Source of the DNA: Macrostomum lignano
Taxonomy: Eukaryota
Direction of reading: 5' to 3'
Assembly: GCA_002269645.1 (NCBI GenBank)
Contig: NIVC01003798.1
Coordinates: 12,316-76,315, forward strand
DNA length: 64,000 nucleotides
Each line of letters opens with the position of its first letter. Positions within the stretch are counted from its first letter, which is position 1. Below, piece by piece: positions 1 to 12,100 of this stretch. The position numbers and the translations under genes are program-made. Under the pieces are notes generated by a model. It saw only the letters and a list, made by a program, of their open reading frames with translations. It was not told the DNA's origin and did not search any database.

Positions 1-685
1 CGGACGTTCAAATCGCCAACCCATCGGCTGTTCTGGCTCCAAAATGCTACGCGAGGCGGAAAAAAGACTAAGCCGACGACCGCGGTGGTTGTCAATAACT
101 ACTCTGCCATTATTAACAATTGATTTTAAGTACGCTACATCATGTCTCCCTTAAAGTGAGACTGGAACAAACTAGATATTCGTTGACTTTGCGTCGCCTT
201 CAAACTCGTATTTACTTTTTCATGCATATTGGGCTTTAAAAAATATTTTATGTCTATGGTAAAAATACATCCCGACAAAGACCATCGTAGGGGTTTAATG
301 TAAATTTAGCTAGCCTTAGCTAGAGAATACAACTCATTCAAAGTAGTTTGTTTGTGTGCTCAGTTTGCAATTACTAGATTTATTTTGTTTTACTATTACT
401 TTGGTCAAATTCTAGTCGATGAGTAACGTATGTAATTGATAATTACGGATAATCAATATTGATTTCTATAGCTTAGACACGCGCGGTTTGATAATTAAGA
501 GAAGCCCGGGTCTGCTAATGTCAACTCCCCCCCCACGGGGCTTGAGCCTTCAGATTCGAACCTAACCCAAGTCGACACCCCTTCGGCTGGGCCAATCAGT
601 GAGCGCCTGGCTTGATCGGTGCGGCTTTCTGCGGACCTGCGGCAGGACCAAGGCTCAAGCGAAGGACGAAAAATCTGAACTAGTA

Positions 686-1600
686 CGAGGTTTATTTAAA
701 ATGTCAGTGACCTCATATCTCAGCTTTGACTAGCCACTTTGACTTGATTTTTTACCACTTTGTATAGCAGCATGTTATGACTATAATGAGTAAAAATCAG
801 TAAAAATCACTGACACGTTTCAGCGCAAGCAGCCGTTCAAGTTTCGTCCTCTTCTATCGTTCTGCGTTCCAGCTTGACCATGAATAGAGCTGATGCATTT
901 GTGTGTGACATGGCCAAAGCAGGTTATGCAATGAAGGAAATCAAGGAGGCCCTGTACAAAGCCCACAAAGTCGGAGAGACAGATCTGCCGCCTAATTTGA
1001 CAGGTGAAAGAGGGAGTTGGCACCAAAGGCCAGCGGAAGTTCAACCCGAAGAAGACCAAACGCTCGGTCAGACAATCACTCCTGTTCAGACAGCAGTGGA
1101 GTCGAGCCGTCGTGTGAAAATTGAGGAATTGGCAGCCGAATTCAGCTTCTCGTTGGACCTGTCAGCTATTTGATCCTCCTCAAAGATTTTGACCTGGCAG
1201 AGCAGTAACGGTTTTCCATAGGGATAATGTCCGTCGATGATTAGGTCCGTTCAACAGAAAGCGTGAGGAATTTTCTGGAGAGATACTTGATCCATTTACT
1301 TCCTCATCTGCTGTACTTGCCAGATTTGGCTCCCGGATACTTCTGGCTCTTTCGTAAAGCAAAACAAGAGTTATCTGTCATCCAGCTTGCTGACAACTCA
1401 GTCAGTAACGAGTTGGAACGGGTTATGCGAGGTCTCCCAGCAGAAGCCTTTGCCCTGGCCTTCAGGAAGTGGATAGATCCCTGCGAAAAGTGCATCGAAC
1501 TCGAGGGAGACTATGTTGAAAAAGTGTGAAAATAGAATTGCGTACCTGCTCAGGAAGCTGAAATATAAGGTCACTGACATTTGCTTTTGAATACACCTCG
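686..1600 (+). mobile_element. Internally deleted, inactive mariner (Tc1/mariner) DNA transposon
   Basis: Imperfect TIRs CGAGGTTTATTTAAAATGTCAGTGACCT (686-713) and AGGTCACTGACATTTGCTTTTGAATACACCTCG (1568-1600), flanked by TA at 684-685 and 1601-1602. Transposase pieces: HTH-like SSRRVKIEELAAEFSFS (ORF 874-1173) and C-terminal LPHLLYLPDLAPGYFWLF...WIDPCEKCIELEGDYVEK (ORF 1263-1529), matching the mariner HPPYSPDLAPSD...CIE.EGDYVEK motif. At 915 bp it is shorter than a typical ~1.3 kb mariner. Confidence 0.9.
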
Positions 1601-1733
1601 TATAAGGACTGAGGACTGAGGAGATACATACTGTATTTCAGATTTACATGTATGTAAGATACATGTCAAATGCATGACGATTCCGGAGGTGTCCGGAGGT
1701 GTCAGGGGTTGTACCTGGAATCTCCAGTAGGTT

Positions 1734-1940
1734 CATTGTTACACGGACGGATCCATCAAAGACGGCTACGCCGGCTTCGAGGTCTGCATCATCATCAACG
1801 GCCGCGTCATTGCCACGCATGCCCAGAACACTGGCAGACTCTCCACGGTCTTCCAGAACGAAGTCCTTGCTATCAGCTCCTGCGCCGCAAAACTGAATGC
1901 TAAGGGTACGAGAGGAGAGACTATCGTCATCCACTCTGAG
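1734..1940 (+). pseudogene. RNase H domain fragment of a non-LTR retrotransposon
   Basis: The frame from 1734 reads HCYTDGSIKDGYAGFEVCIIINGRVIATHAQNTGRLSTVFQNEVLAISSCAAKLNAKGTRGETIVIHSE, matching RNase H motifs YTDGS, TVFQAE..AI and I.I.SD. There is an in-frame TAG just upstream and the frame is cut off by a tandem repeat. Confidence 0.8.
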
Positions 1941-2202
1941 GCAAATTCAAGGATACCGGAGGCAGATTAAAGGATACTGAAGGCAGATTCAAGGATACTG
2001 AAGGCAGATTCAAGGATACTGAAGGCAGATTCAAGGATACTGGAGGCAGATTCAAGGATACTGAAGGCAGATTCAAGGATACTGGAGGCAGATTCAAGGA
2101 TACTGAAGGAAGATTCAAGGATACTGAAGGCAGATTCAAGGATACTGGAGGCAGATTCAAGGATACTGAAGGCACATTCAAGGATCAAAGAGGCAGATTC
2201 AA
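1938..2202. repeat. 21-bp minisatellite (GAGGCAGATTCAAGGATACTG), ~12 copies
   Basis: Direct periodicity visible. Confidence 0.95.
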
Positions 2203-2749
2203 TGCTAAGGGAGCAAAGGGATATGAGTTAAAAAGAGTAAAATTCCAAAAATTTTCAAGTTAAGAACTTCATGTCGGTTAATTGGCTCAATGGGGCCTTA
2301 TATTTACTAAAAATGAAGTCATACAGGTTAAGCTGGCATTCTAGATTCTGGCGCCAAAAGCATAACTTTGATAAATTTGCTATCAGGTAACTAAATACGA
2401 AAAAGCTGAAGAGAGAAATATGTTATTAGAAAAAGCACTAATAAGCTTTTGTTATAAGTAGATGGGTGAAAAATATCAGGGCACACGAGGGCGAATGTTA
2501 GACTTAATCATTTATAATCAAAATCACTCTATAGATTAGCAGGTTAAAAACTTTTGGTCGGGTAGCCAACATTTTTATCTAGTCAATATTCAAAATAAAA
2601 ACAGTGCAGCTGCTAAAAATACAATTCTGTTTACTTCTTCGTTGGCTACTGATATTGTCGCAGGCCCTGTTTCATAGATTCTACAGTTTTTATCAATTTC
2701 GGGAATACTTTATTCAATTAACGATTTTGTCATTTAACTTTTTGGTAAA

Positions 2750-3005
2750 AGCTTGTCACTTGTGAGGGCTTGTCATTTGTCAAGGCTTGTCATTTGTCAG
2801 GGCTTGTCACTTGTCAGGGCTTGTCACTTGTCAGGGCTTGTCACTTGTCAGGGCTTGTCACTTGTCAGGGCTTGTCACTTGTCAGGGCTTGTCACTTGTC
2901 AGGGCTTGTCAGTTGTCAGGGCTTGTCACTTGTCAGGGCTTGTCAGTTGTCAGGGCTTGTCAGTTGTCAGGGCTTGTCACTTGTCAGGGCTTGTCACTTG
3001 TAGGG
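2750..3005. repeat. 17-bp minisatellite (GCTTGTCACTTGTCAGG), ~15 copies
   Basis: Direct periodicity; lies 3' of the plakin-like gene stop codon. Confidence 0.95.
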
Positions 3006-3183
3006 CTTAAAATATTCAATTTTAACCTAACTGTTTCATCTCTAGCAGCACTGCGGCAGAAAAGAAATATTAGTGCAGACAGATAAGCGTTCAAGATTAT
3101 CGGGTTACCAGATATTCGATCCAAGTGCTGAATAAAGCTACAAAAATATAATACAATGTTCGCAAATGATTGATCATATCGAA

Positions 3184-6100
3184 TTAGTCAAATCCTTCGA
3201 AAACACCATCGTCGCTGCGCAAATCCAGCTGTGAACCACGCGGAGTCCGGCTCCAGGTCAACCTGGCCGTAATTGGCACACCCAGCTGGGCCCGAGCACT
3301 GCTGACGGAGTCAGTCGATCCCAATGCGGTTCGTTCGCGTCTTGTTACACCCAGCTGGGCCCGGGCACTGCTGACGGAGTCGGTCGATTCCAATGCAGTT
3401 CCTTCGCGCCTTGTTACACCCAGCTGGGCCCAAGCACTGCTGACGGAGTCAGTCGGTCCCAATGCGGTTCCTTCGCGCCTTGTTACACCCAGCTGGGTCC
3501 AAGCACTGCTGACGGAGTCAGTCGGTCCCAATGCGGTTCGTTCATGCCTTGTTACACCCAGCTGGGCCCGGGCACTGCTGACGGAGTCGGTCGATTCCAA
3601 TGCAGTTCCTTCGCGCCTTGTTACACCCAGCTGGGCCCGGGCACTGCTGACGGAGTCGGTCGATTCCAATGCAGCTCCTTCGCGCCTTGTTACACCCAGC
3701 TGGGTCCGAGCACTGCTGACGGAGTCGGTCGATTCCAATGCAGTTCCTTCGCGCCTTGTTACACCCAGCTGGGTCCGAGCACTGCTGACGGAGTCGGTCG
3801 ATTCCAATTCAGTTCCTTCGCGCCTTGTTACACCCAGCTGGGTCCGAGCACTGCTGACGGAGTCAGTCGATCCCAATGCGCTTCGTTCGCGTCTTGTTAC
3901 GCTGGCTTCTAGACGGGCGTGCGGCGCTGACACAGTCTCCGGCTTAACTGACACTAAAATACTGTTTAACTGCACCTCGTAGCAACAGCCGCTACTCGAA
4001 ACGAACGAAGCCGACTCATTTGGGACAATTGAGGCGTCGAATTTCAGTATGGCGGCGCGAAACTCCTTGGACTCCTCGATGCAGGCATGGGTGCTGCAAA
4101 TTTCCTTAGCGGCAAAACTCTCCCAGTGGCTTCCAGAAGATCTTATCAAAACCTGATCCTGCTTTCTTACGCTAGCACTTCCGGTTTCGAACAACCATAA
4201 CGATCCGCTGTTCTTTGAGAGCACTCTATAGTTAGCCTTAACAATGGCTTCATCAGTGATAGCTCGGACAGAAACATAACTATCCCGAACAGGGACCTCT
4301 AAAGCCGCTTCGCAAAATCCAAATTCGTTGCTATTACAACAGCGAATACCAGCGTCGGAGGTAAAGGATTCTTTGTGACAACCCGTGGCACGCAGCTCAG
4401 GAAGAGCCTTAACAAAAGATTCCACGTATTTCCTTCCAAAAACACACGAGCCTTCAACCGATTCAAAACAAAGCGAACCTTCAAATGACACAACTTTTGG
4501 TATGTAACAAGCCTTAATTCCATTTCCAATCATAACCACTTTCTTCGACATATCGACACACACCGAAGAATTCTTAGCTTTAACTTCTGCTCGAGCCGAG
4601 CTATGCTCGAAGGAGAACTCAAGCGAGCTGGCGCACGCTTCCAGTTTCGGCTCGTCCTTGTATCTCATGCCGCCGTCGGCTGTGAGCACTTCGTCGAACG
4701 CTCCCATGGCTCCGACTGGCTGATTGACTTGTACAGAAGCCTCTTTGACGATGGACGCAGCTCGAGCCGAGCCATGCTCGAAGGAGAACTCGAGCGAGCT
4801 GGCGCACGCTTCCAGTTTCGGCTCGTCCTTGTATCTCATGCCGCCGTCGGCTGTGAGCACTTCGTCGAACGCTCCCATGGCTCCGACTGGCTGATTGACT
4901 TGTACAGAAGCCTCTTTGACGACGGACGCTGCTCGAGCCGAGCCATGCTCGAAGGAGAACTCGAGCGAGCTGGCGCACGCTTCCAGTTTCGGCTCGTCCT
5001 TGTATCTCATGCCCCCGTCGGCCGTAAGGATTTGCTCACAAGAGCCCATTTCAGAAACGGCCTGCTTTACTTGTATGCCAGCGGCTTCGTACTCGAGCTC
5101 AAGCGAGCTGGCGCATGCTTCCAGTTTCGGCTCGTCCTTGTATCTCATGCCGCCGTCGGCTGTGAGCACTTCGTCGAACGCTCCCATGGCTCCGACTGGC
5201 TGATTGACTTGTACAGAAGCCTCTTTGACGATGGACGCAGCTCGAGCCGAGCCATGCTCGAAGGAGAACTCGAGCGAGCTGGCGCACGCTTCCAGTTTCG
5301 GCTCGTCCTTGTATCTCATGCCCCCGTCGGCCGTAAGGATTTGCTCACAAGAGCCCATTTCAGAAACGGCCTGCTTTACTTGTATGCCAGCGGCTTCGTA
5401 CTCGAGCTCAAGCGAGCTGGCGCATGCTTCCAGTTTCGGCTCGTCCTTGTATCTCATGCCGCCGTCGGCTGTGAGCACTTCGTCGAACGCTCCCATGGCT
5501 CCGACTGGCTGATTGACTTGTACAGAAGCCTCTTTGACGATGGACGCAGCTCGAGCCGAGCCATGCTCGAAGGAGAACTCGAGCGAGCTGGCGCACGCTT
5601 CCAGTTTCGGCTCGTCCTTGTATCTCATGCCGCCGTCGGCTGTGAGCACTTCGTCGAACGCTCCCATGGCTCCGACTGGCTGATTGACTTGTACAGAAGC
5701 CTCTTTGACGACGGACGCTGCTCGAGCCGAGCCATGCTCGAAGGAGAACTCGAGCGAGCTGGCGCACGCTTCCAGTTTCGGCTCGTCCTTGTATCTCATG
5801 CCCCCGTCGGCCGTAAGGATTTGCTCACAAGAGCCCATTTCAGAAACGGCCTGCTTTACTTGTATGCCAGCGGCTTCGTACTCGAGCTCAAGCGAGCTGG
5901 CGCATGCTTCCAGTTTCGGCTCGTCCTTGTATCTCATGCCGCCGTCGGCTGTGAGCACTTCGTCGAACGCTCCCATGGCTCCGACTGGCTGATTGACTTG
6001 TACAGAAGCCTCTTTGACGACGGACGCTGCTCGAGCCGAGCCATGCTCGAAGGAGAACTCGAGCGAGCTGGCGCACGCTTCCAGTTTCGGCTCGTCCTTG

Positions 6101-9100
6101 TATCTCATGCCGCCGTCGGCTGTGAGCACTTCGTCGAACGCTCCCATGGCTCCGACTGGCTGATTGACTTGTACAGAAGCCTCTTTGACGACGGACGCTG
6201 CTCGAGCCGAGCCATGCTCGAAGGAGAACTCGAGCGAGCTGGCGCACGCTTCCAGTTTCGGCTCGTCCTTGTATCTCATGCCCCCGTCGGCCGTAAGGAT
6301 TTGCTCACAAGAGCCCATTTCAGAAACGGCCTGCTTTACTTGTATGCCAGCGGCTTCGTACTCGAGCTCAAGCGAGCTGGCGCATGCTTCCAGTTTCGGC
6401 TCGTCCTTGTATCTCATGCCGCCGTCGGCTGTGAGCACTTCGTCGAACGCTCCCATGGCTCCGACTGGCTGATTGACTTGTACAGAAGCCTCTTTGACGA
6501 CGGACGCTGCTCGAGCCGAGCCATGCTCGAAGGAGAACTCGAGCGAGCTGGCGCACGCTTCCAGTTTCGGCTCGTCCTTGTATCTCATGCCGCCGTCGGC
6601 TGTGAGCACTTCGTCGAACGCTCCCATGGCTCCGACTGGCTGATTGACTTGTACAGAAGCCTCTTTGACGACGGACGCTGCTCGAGCCGAGCCATGCTCG
6701 AAGGAGAACTCGAGCGAGCTGGCGCACGCTTCCAGTTTCGGCTCGTCCTTGTATCTCATGCCCCGTCGGCCGTAAGGATTTGCTCACAAGAGCCCATTTC
6801 AGAAACGGCCTGCTTTACTTGTATGCCAGCGGCTTCGTACTCGAGCTCAAGCGAGCTGGCGCATGCTTCCAGTTTCGGCTCGTCCTTGTATCTCATGCCG
6901 CCGTCGGCTGTGAGCACTTCGTCGAACGCTCCCATGGCTCCGACTGGCTGATTGACTTGTACAGAAGCCTCTTTGACGATGGACGCAGCTCGAGCCGAGC
7001 CATGCTCGAAGGAGAACTCGAGCGAGCTGGCGCACGCTTCCAGTTTCGGCTCGTCCTTGTATCTCATGCCGCCGTCGGCTGTGAGCACTTCGTCGAACGC
7101 TCCCATGGCTCCGACTGGCTGATTGACTTGTACAGAAGCCTCTTTGACGACGGACGCTGCTCGAGCCGAGCCATGCTCGAAGGAGAACTCGAGCGAGCTG
7201 GCGCACGCTTCCAGTTTCGGCTCGTCCTTGTATCTCATGCCCCCGTCGGCCGTAAGGATTTGCTCACAAGAGCCCATTTCAGAAACGGCCTGCTTTACTT
7301 GTATGCCAGCGGCTTCGTACTCGAGCTCAAGTGAGCTGGCGCATGCTTCCAGTTTCGGCTCGTCCTTGTATCTCATGCCGCCGTCGGCTGTGAGCACTTC
7401 GTCGAACGCTCCCATGGCTCCGACTGGCTGATTGACTTGTACAGAAGCCTCTTTGACGACGGACGCTGCTCGAGCCGAGCCATGCTCGAAGGAGAACTCG
7501 AGCGAGCTGGCGCACGCTTCCAGTTTCGGCTCGTCCTTGTATCTCATGCCCCCGTCGGCCGTAAGGATTTGCTCACAAGAGCCCATTTCAGAAACGGCCT
7601 GCTTTACTTGTATGCCAGCGGCTTCGTACTCGAGCTCAAGCGAGCTGGCGCATGCTTCCAGTTTCGGCTCGTCCTTGTATCTCATGCCGCCGTCGGCTGT
7701 GAGCACTTCGTCGAACGCTCCCATGGCTCCGACTGGCTGATTGACTTGTACAGAAGCCTCTTTGACGACGGACGCTGCTCGAGCCGAGCCATGCTCGAAG
7801 GAGAACTCGAGCGAGCTGGCGCACGCTTCCAGTTTCGGCTCGTCCTTGTATCTCATGCCCCCGTCGGCCGTAAGGATTTGCTCACAAGAGCCCATTTCAG
7901 AAACGGCCTGCTTTACTTGTATGCCAGCGGCTTCGTACTCGAGCTCAAGTGAGCTGGCGCATGCTTCCAGTTTCGGCTCGTCCTTGTATCTCATGCCGCC
8001 GTCGGCTGTGAGCACTTCGTCGAACGCTCCCATGGCTCCGACTGGCTGATTGACTTGTACAGAAGCCTCTTTGACGACGGACGCTGCTCGAGCCGAGCCA
8101 TGCTCGAAGGAGAACTCGAGCGAGCTGGCGCACGCTTCCAGTTTCGGCTCGTCCTTGTATCTCATGCCCCCGTCGGCCGTAAGGATTTGCTCACAAGAGC
8201 CCATTTCAGAAACGGCCTGCTTTACTTGTATGCCAGCGGCTTCGTACTCGAGCTCAAGCGAGCTGGCGCATGCTTCCAGTTTCGGCTCGTCCTTGTATCT
8301 CATGCCGCCGTCGGCTGTGAGCACTTCGTCGAACGCTCCCATGGCTCCGACTGGCTGATTGACTTGTACAGAAGCCTCTTTGACGATGGACGCAGCTCGA
8401 GCCGAGCCATGCTCGAAGGAGAACTCGAGCGAGCTGGCGCACGCTTCCAGTTTCGGCTCGTCCTTGTATCTCATGCCGCCGTCGGCTGTGAGCACTTCGT
8501 CGAACGCTCCATGGCTCCGACTGGCTGATTGACTTGTACAGAAGCCTCTTTGACGACGGACGCTGCTCGAGCCGAGCCATGCTCGAAGGAGAACTCGAGC
8601 GAGCTGGCGCACGCTTCCAGTTTCGGCTCGTCCTTGTATCTCATGCCGCCGTCGGCTGTGAGCACTTCGTCGAACGCTCCCATGGCTCCGACTGGCTGAT
8701 TGACTTGTACAGAAGCCTCTTTGACGACGGACGCTGCTCGAGCCGAGCCATGCTCGAAGGAGAACTCGAGCGAGCTGGCGCACGCTTCCAGTTTCGGCTC
8801 GTCCTTGTATCTCATGCCCCCGTCGGCCGTAAGGATTTGCTCACAAGAGCCCATTTCAGAAACGGCCTGCTTTACTTGTATGCCAGCGGCTTCGTACTCG
8901 AGCTCAAGTGAGCTGGCGCATGCTTCCAGTTTCGGCTCGTCCTTGTATCTCATGCCGCCGTCGGCTGTGAGCACTTCGTCGAACGCTCCCATGGCTCCGA
9001 CTGGCTGATTGACTTGTACAGAAGCCTCTTTGACGACGGACGCTGCTCGAGCCGAGCCATGCTCGAAGGAGAACTCGAGCGAGCTGGCGCACGCTTCCAG

Positions 9101-12100
9101 TTTCGGCTCGTCCTTGTATCTCATGCCCCCGTCGGCCGTAAGGATTTGCTCACAAGAGCCCATTTCAGAAACGGCCTGCTTTACTTGTATGCCAGCGGCT
9201 TCGTACTCGAGCTCAAGCGAGCTGGCGCATGCTTCCAGTTTCGGCTCGTCCTTGTATCTCATGCCGCCGTCGGCTGTGAGCACTTCGTCGAACGCTCCCA
9301 TGGCTCCGACTGGCTGATTGACTTGTACAGAAGCCTCTTTGACGATGGACGCAGCTCGAGCCGAGCCATGCTCGAAGGAGAACTCGAGCGAGCTGGCGCA
9401 CGCTTCCAGTTTCGGCTCGTCCTTGTATCTCATGCCGCCGTCGGCTGTGAGCACTTCGTCGAACGCTCCCATGGCTCCGACTGGCTGATTGACTTGTACA
9501 GAAGCCTCTTTGACGACGGACGCTGCTCGAGCCGAGCCATGCTCGAAGGAGAACTCGAGCGAGCTGGCGCACGCTTCCAGTTTCGGCTCGTCCTTGTATC
9601 TCATGCCGCCGTCGGCTGTGAGCACTTCGTCGAACGCTCCCATGGCTCCGACTGGCTGATGGACTTGTACAGAAGCCTCTTTGACGATGGACGCAGCTCG
9701 AGCCGAGCCATGCTCGAAGGAGAACTCGAGCGAGCTGGCGCACGCTTTCAGTTTCGGCTCGTCCTTGTATCTCATGCCGCCGTCGGCTGTGAGCACTTCG
9801 TCGAACGCTCCATGGCTCCGACTGGCTGATTGACTTGTACAGAAGCCTCTTTGACGATGGACGCAGCTCGAGCCGAGCCATGCTCGAAGGAGAACTCGAG
9901 CGAGCTGGCGCACGCTTCCAGTTTCGGCTCGTCCTTGTATCTCATGCCGCCGTCGGCTGTGAGCACTTCGTCGAACGCTCCCATGGCTCCGACTGGCTGA
10001 TTGACTTGTACAGAAGCCTCTTTGACGACGGACGCTGCTCGAGCCGAGCCATGCTCGAAGGAGAACTCGAGCGAGCTGGCGCACGCTTCCAGTTTCGGCT
10101 CGTCCTTGTATCTCATGCCCCCGTCGGCCGTAAGGATTTGCTCACAAGAGCCCATTTCAGAAACGGCCTGCTTTACTTGTATGCCAGCGGCTTCGTACTC
10201 GAGCTCAAGCGAGCTGGCGCATGCTTCCAGTTTCGGCTCGTCCTTGTATCTCATGCCGCCGTCGGCTGTGAGCACTTCGTCGAACGCTCCCATGGCTCCG
10301 ACTGGCTGATTGACTTGTACAGAAGCCTCTTTGACGACGGACGCTGCTCGAGCCGAGCCATGCTCGAAGGAGAACTCGAGCGAGCTGGCGCACGCTTCCA
10401 GTTTCGGCTCGTCCTTGTATCTCATGCCCCCGTCGGCCGTAAGGATTTGCTCACAAGAGCCCATTTCAGAAACGGCCTGCTTTACTTGTATGCCAGCGGC
10501 TTCGTACTCGAGCTCAAGCGAGCTGGCGCATGCTTCCAGTTTCGGCTCGTCCTTGTATCTCATGCCGCCGTCGGCTGTGAGCACTTCGTCGAACGCTCCC
10601 ATGGCTCCGACTGGCTGATTGACTTGTACAGAAGCCTCTTTGACGACGGACGCTGCTCGAGCCGAGCCATGCTCGAAGGAGAACTCGAGCGAGCTGGCGC
10701 ACGCTTCCAGTTTCGGCTCGTCCTTGTATCTCATGCCCCCGTCGGCCGTAAGGATTTGCTCACAAGAGCCCATTTCAGAAACGGCCTGCTTTACTTGTAT
10801 GCCAGCGGCTTCGTACTCGAGCTCAAGCGAGCTGGCGCATGCTTCCAGTTTCGGCTCGTCCTTGTATCTCATGCCGCCGTCGGCTGTGAGCACTTCGTCG
10901 AACGCTCCCATGGCTCCGACTGGCTGATTGACTTGTACAGAAGCCTCTTTGACGACGGACGCTGCTCGAGCCGAGCCATGCTCGAAGGAGAACTCGAGCG
11001 AGCTGGCGCACGCTTCCAGTTTCGGCTCGTCCTTGTATCTCATGCCGCCGTCGGCTGTGAGCACTTCGTCGAATGCTCCCATGGCTCCGACTGGCTGATT
11101 GACTTGTACAGAAGCCTCTTTGACGACGGACGCTGCTCGAGCCGAGCCATGCTCGAAGGAGAACTCGAGCGAGCTGGCGCACGCTTCCAGTTTCGGCTCG
11201 TCCTTGTATCTCATGCCGCCGTCGGCTGTGAGCACTTCGTCGAACGCTCCCATGGCTCCGACTGGCTGATTGACTTGTACAGAAGCCTCTTTGACGATGG
11301 ACGCAGCTCGAGCCGAGCCATGCTCGAAGGAGAACTCGAGCGAGCTGGCGCACGCTTCCAGTTTCGGCTCGTCCTTGTATCTCATGCCCCCGTCGGCCGT
11401 AAGGGTTTGCTCACAAGAGCCCATTTCAGAAACGGCCTGCTTTACTTGTATGCCAGCGGCTTCGTACTCGAGCTCAAGCGAGCTGGCGCATGCTTCCAGT
11501 TTCGGCTCGTCCTTGTATCTCATGCCGCCGTCGGCTGTGAGCACTTTGTCGATCGCTCCCATGGCTCCGACTGGCTGATTGACTTGTACAGAAGCCTCTT
11601 TGACGACGGACGCTGCTCGAGCCGAGCCATGCTCGAAGGAGAACTCGAGCGAGCTGGCGCACGCTTCCAGTTTCGGCTCGTCCTTGTATCTCATGCCGCC
11701 GTCGGCTGTGAGCACTTCGTCGAACGCTCCCATGGCTCCGACTGGCTGATGGACTTGTACAGAAGCCTCTTTGACGATGGACGCAGCTCGAGCCGAGCCA
11801 TGCTCGAAGGAGAACTCGAGCGAGCTGGCGCACGCTTTCAGTTTCGGCTCGTCCTTGTATCTCATGCCCCCGTCGGCCGTAAGGATTTGCTCACAAGAGC
11901 CCATTTCAGAAACGGCCTGCTTTACTTGTATGCCAGCGGCTTCGTACTCGAGCTCAAGCGAGCTGGTGTTTTCGTGAGACTGTGTTTCAAGGAAAGTTCC
12001 TGCTTCCGACAACTTTGGTTGCATTCTGATACTGATTGAACCTTCTTTTAGGGAGACTTCATGGCTTACGCTGGAGTCGCTTACGGTTCTCTTGGCTTGG

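Noticed and set aside
4603-12039. Long antisense (+ strand) ORFs of up to 782 aa over the A/B array
   Set aside because: They are a by-product of stop-free repeat units. A variant that is silent on the minus strand creates TGA in this frame (7332, 7950, 8909), and the frame has no unique flanks or splice context.
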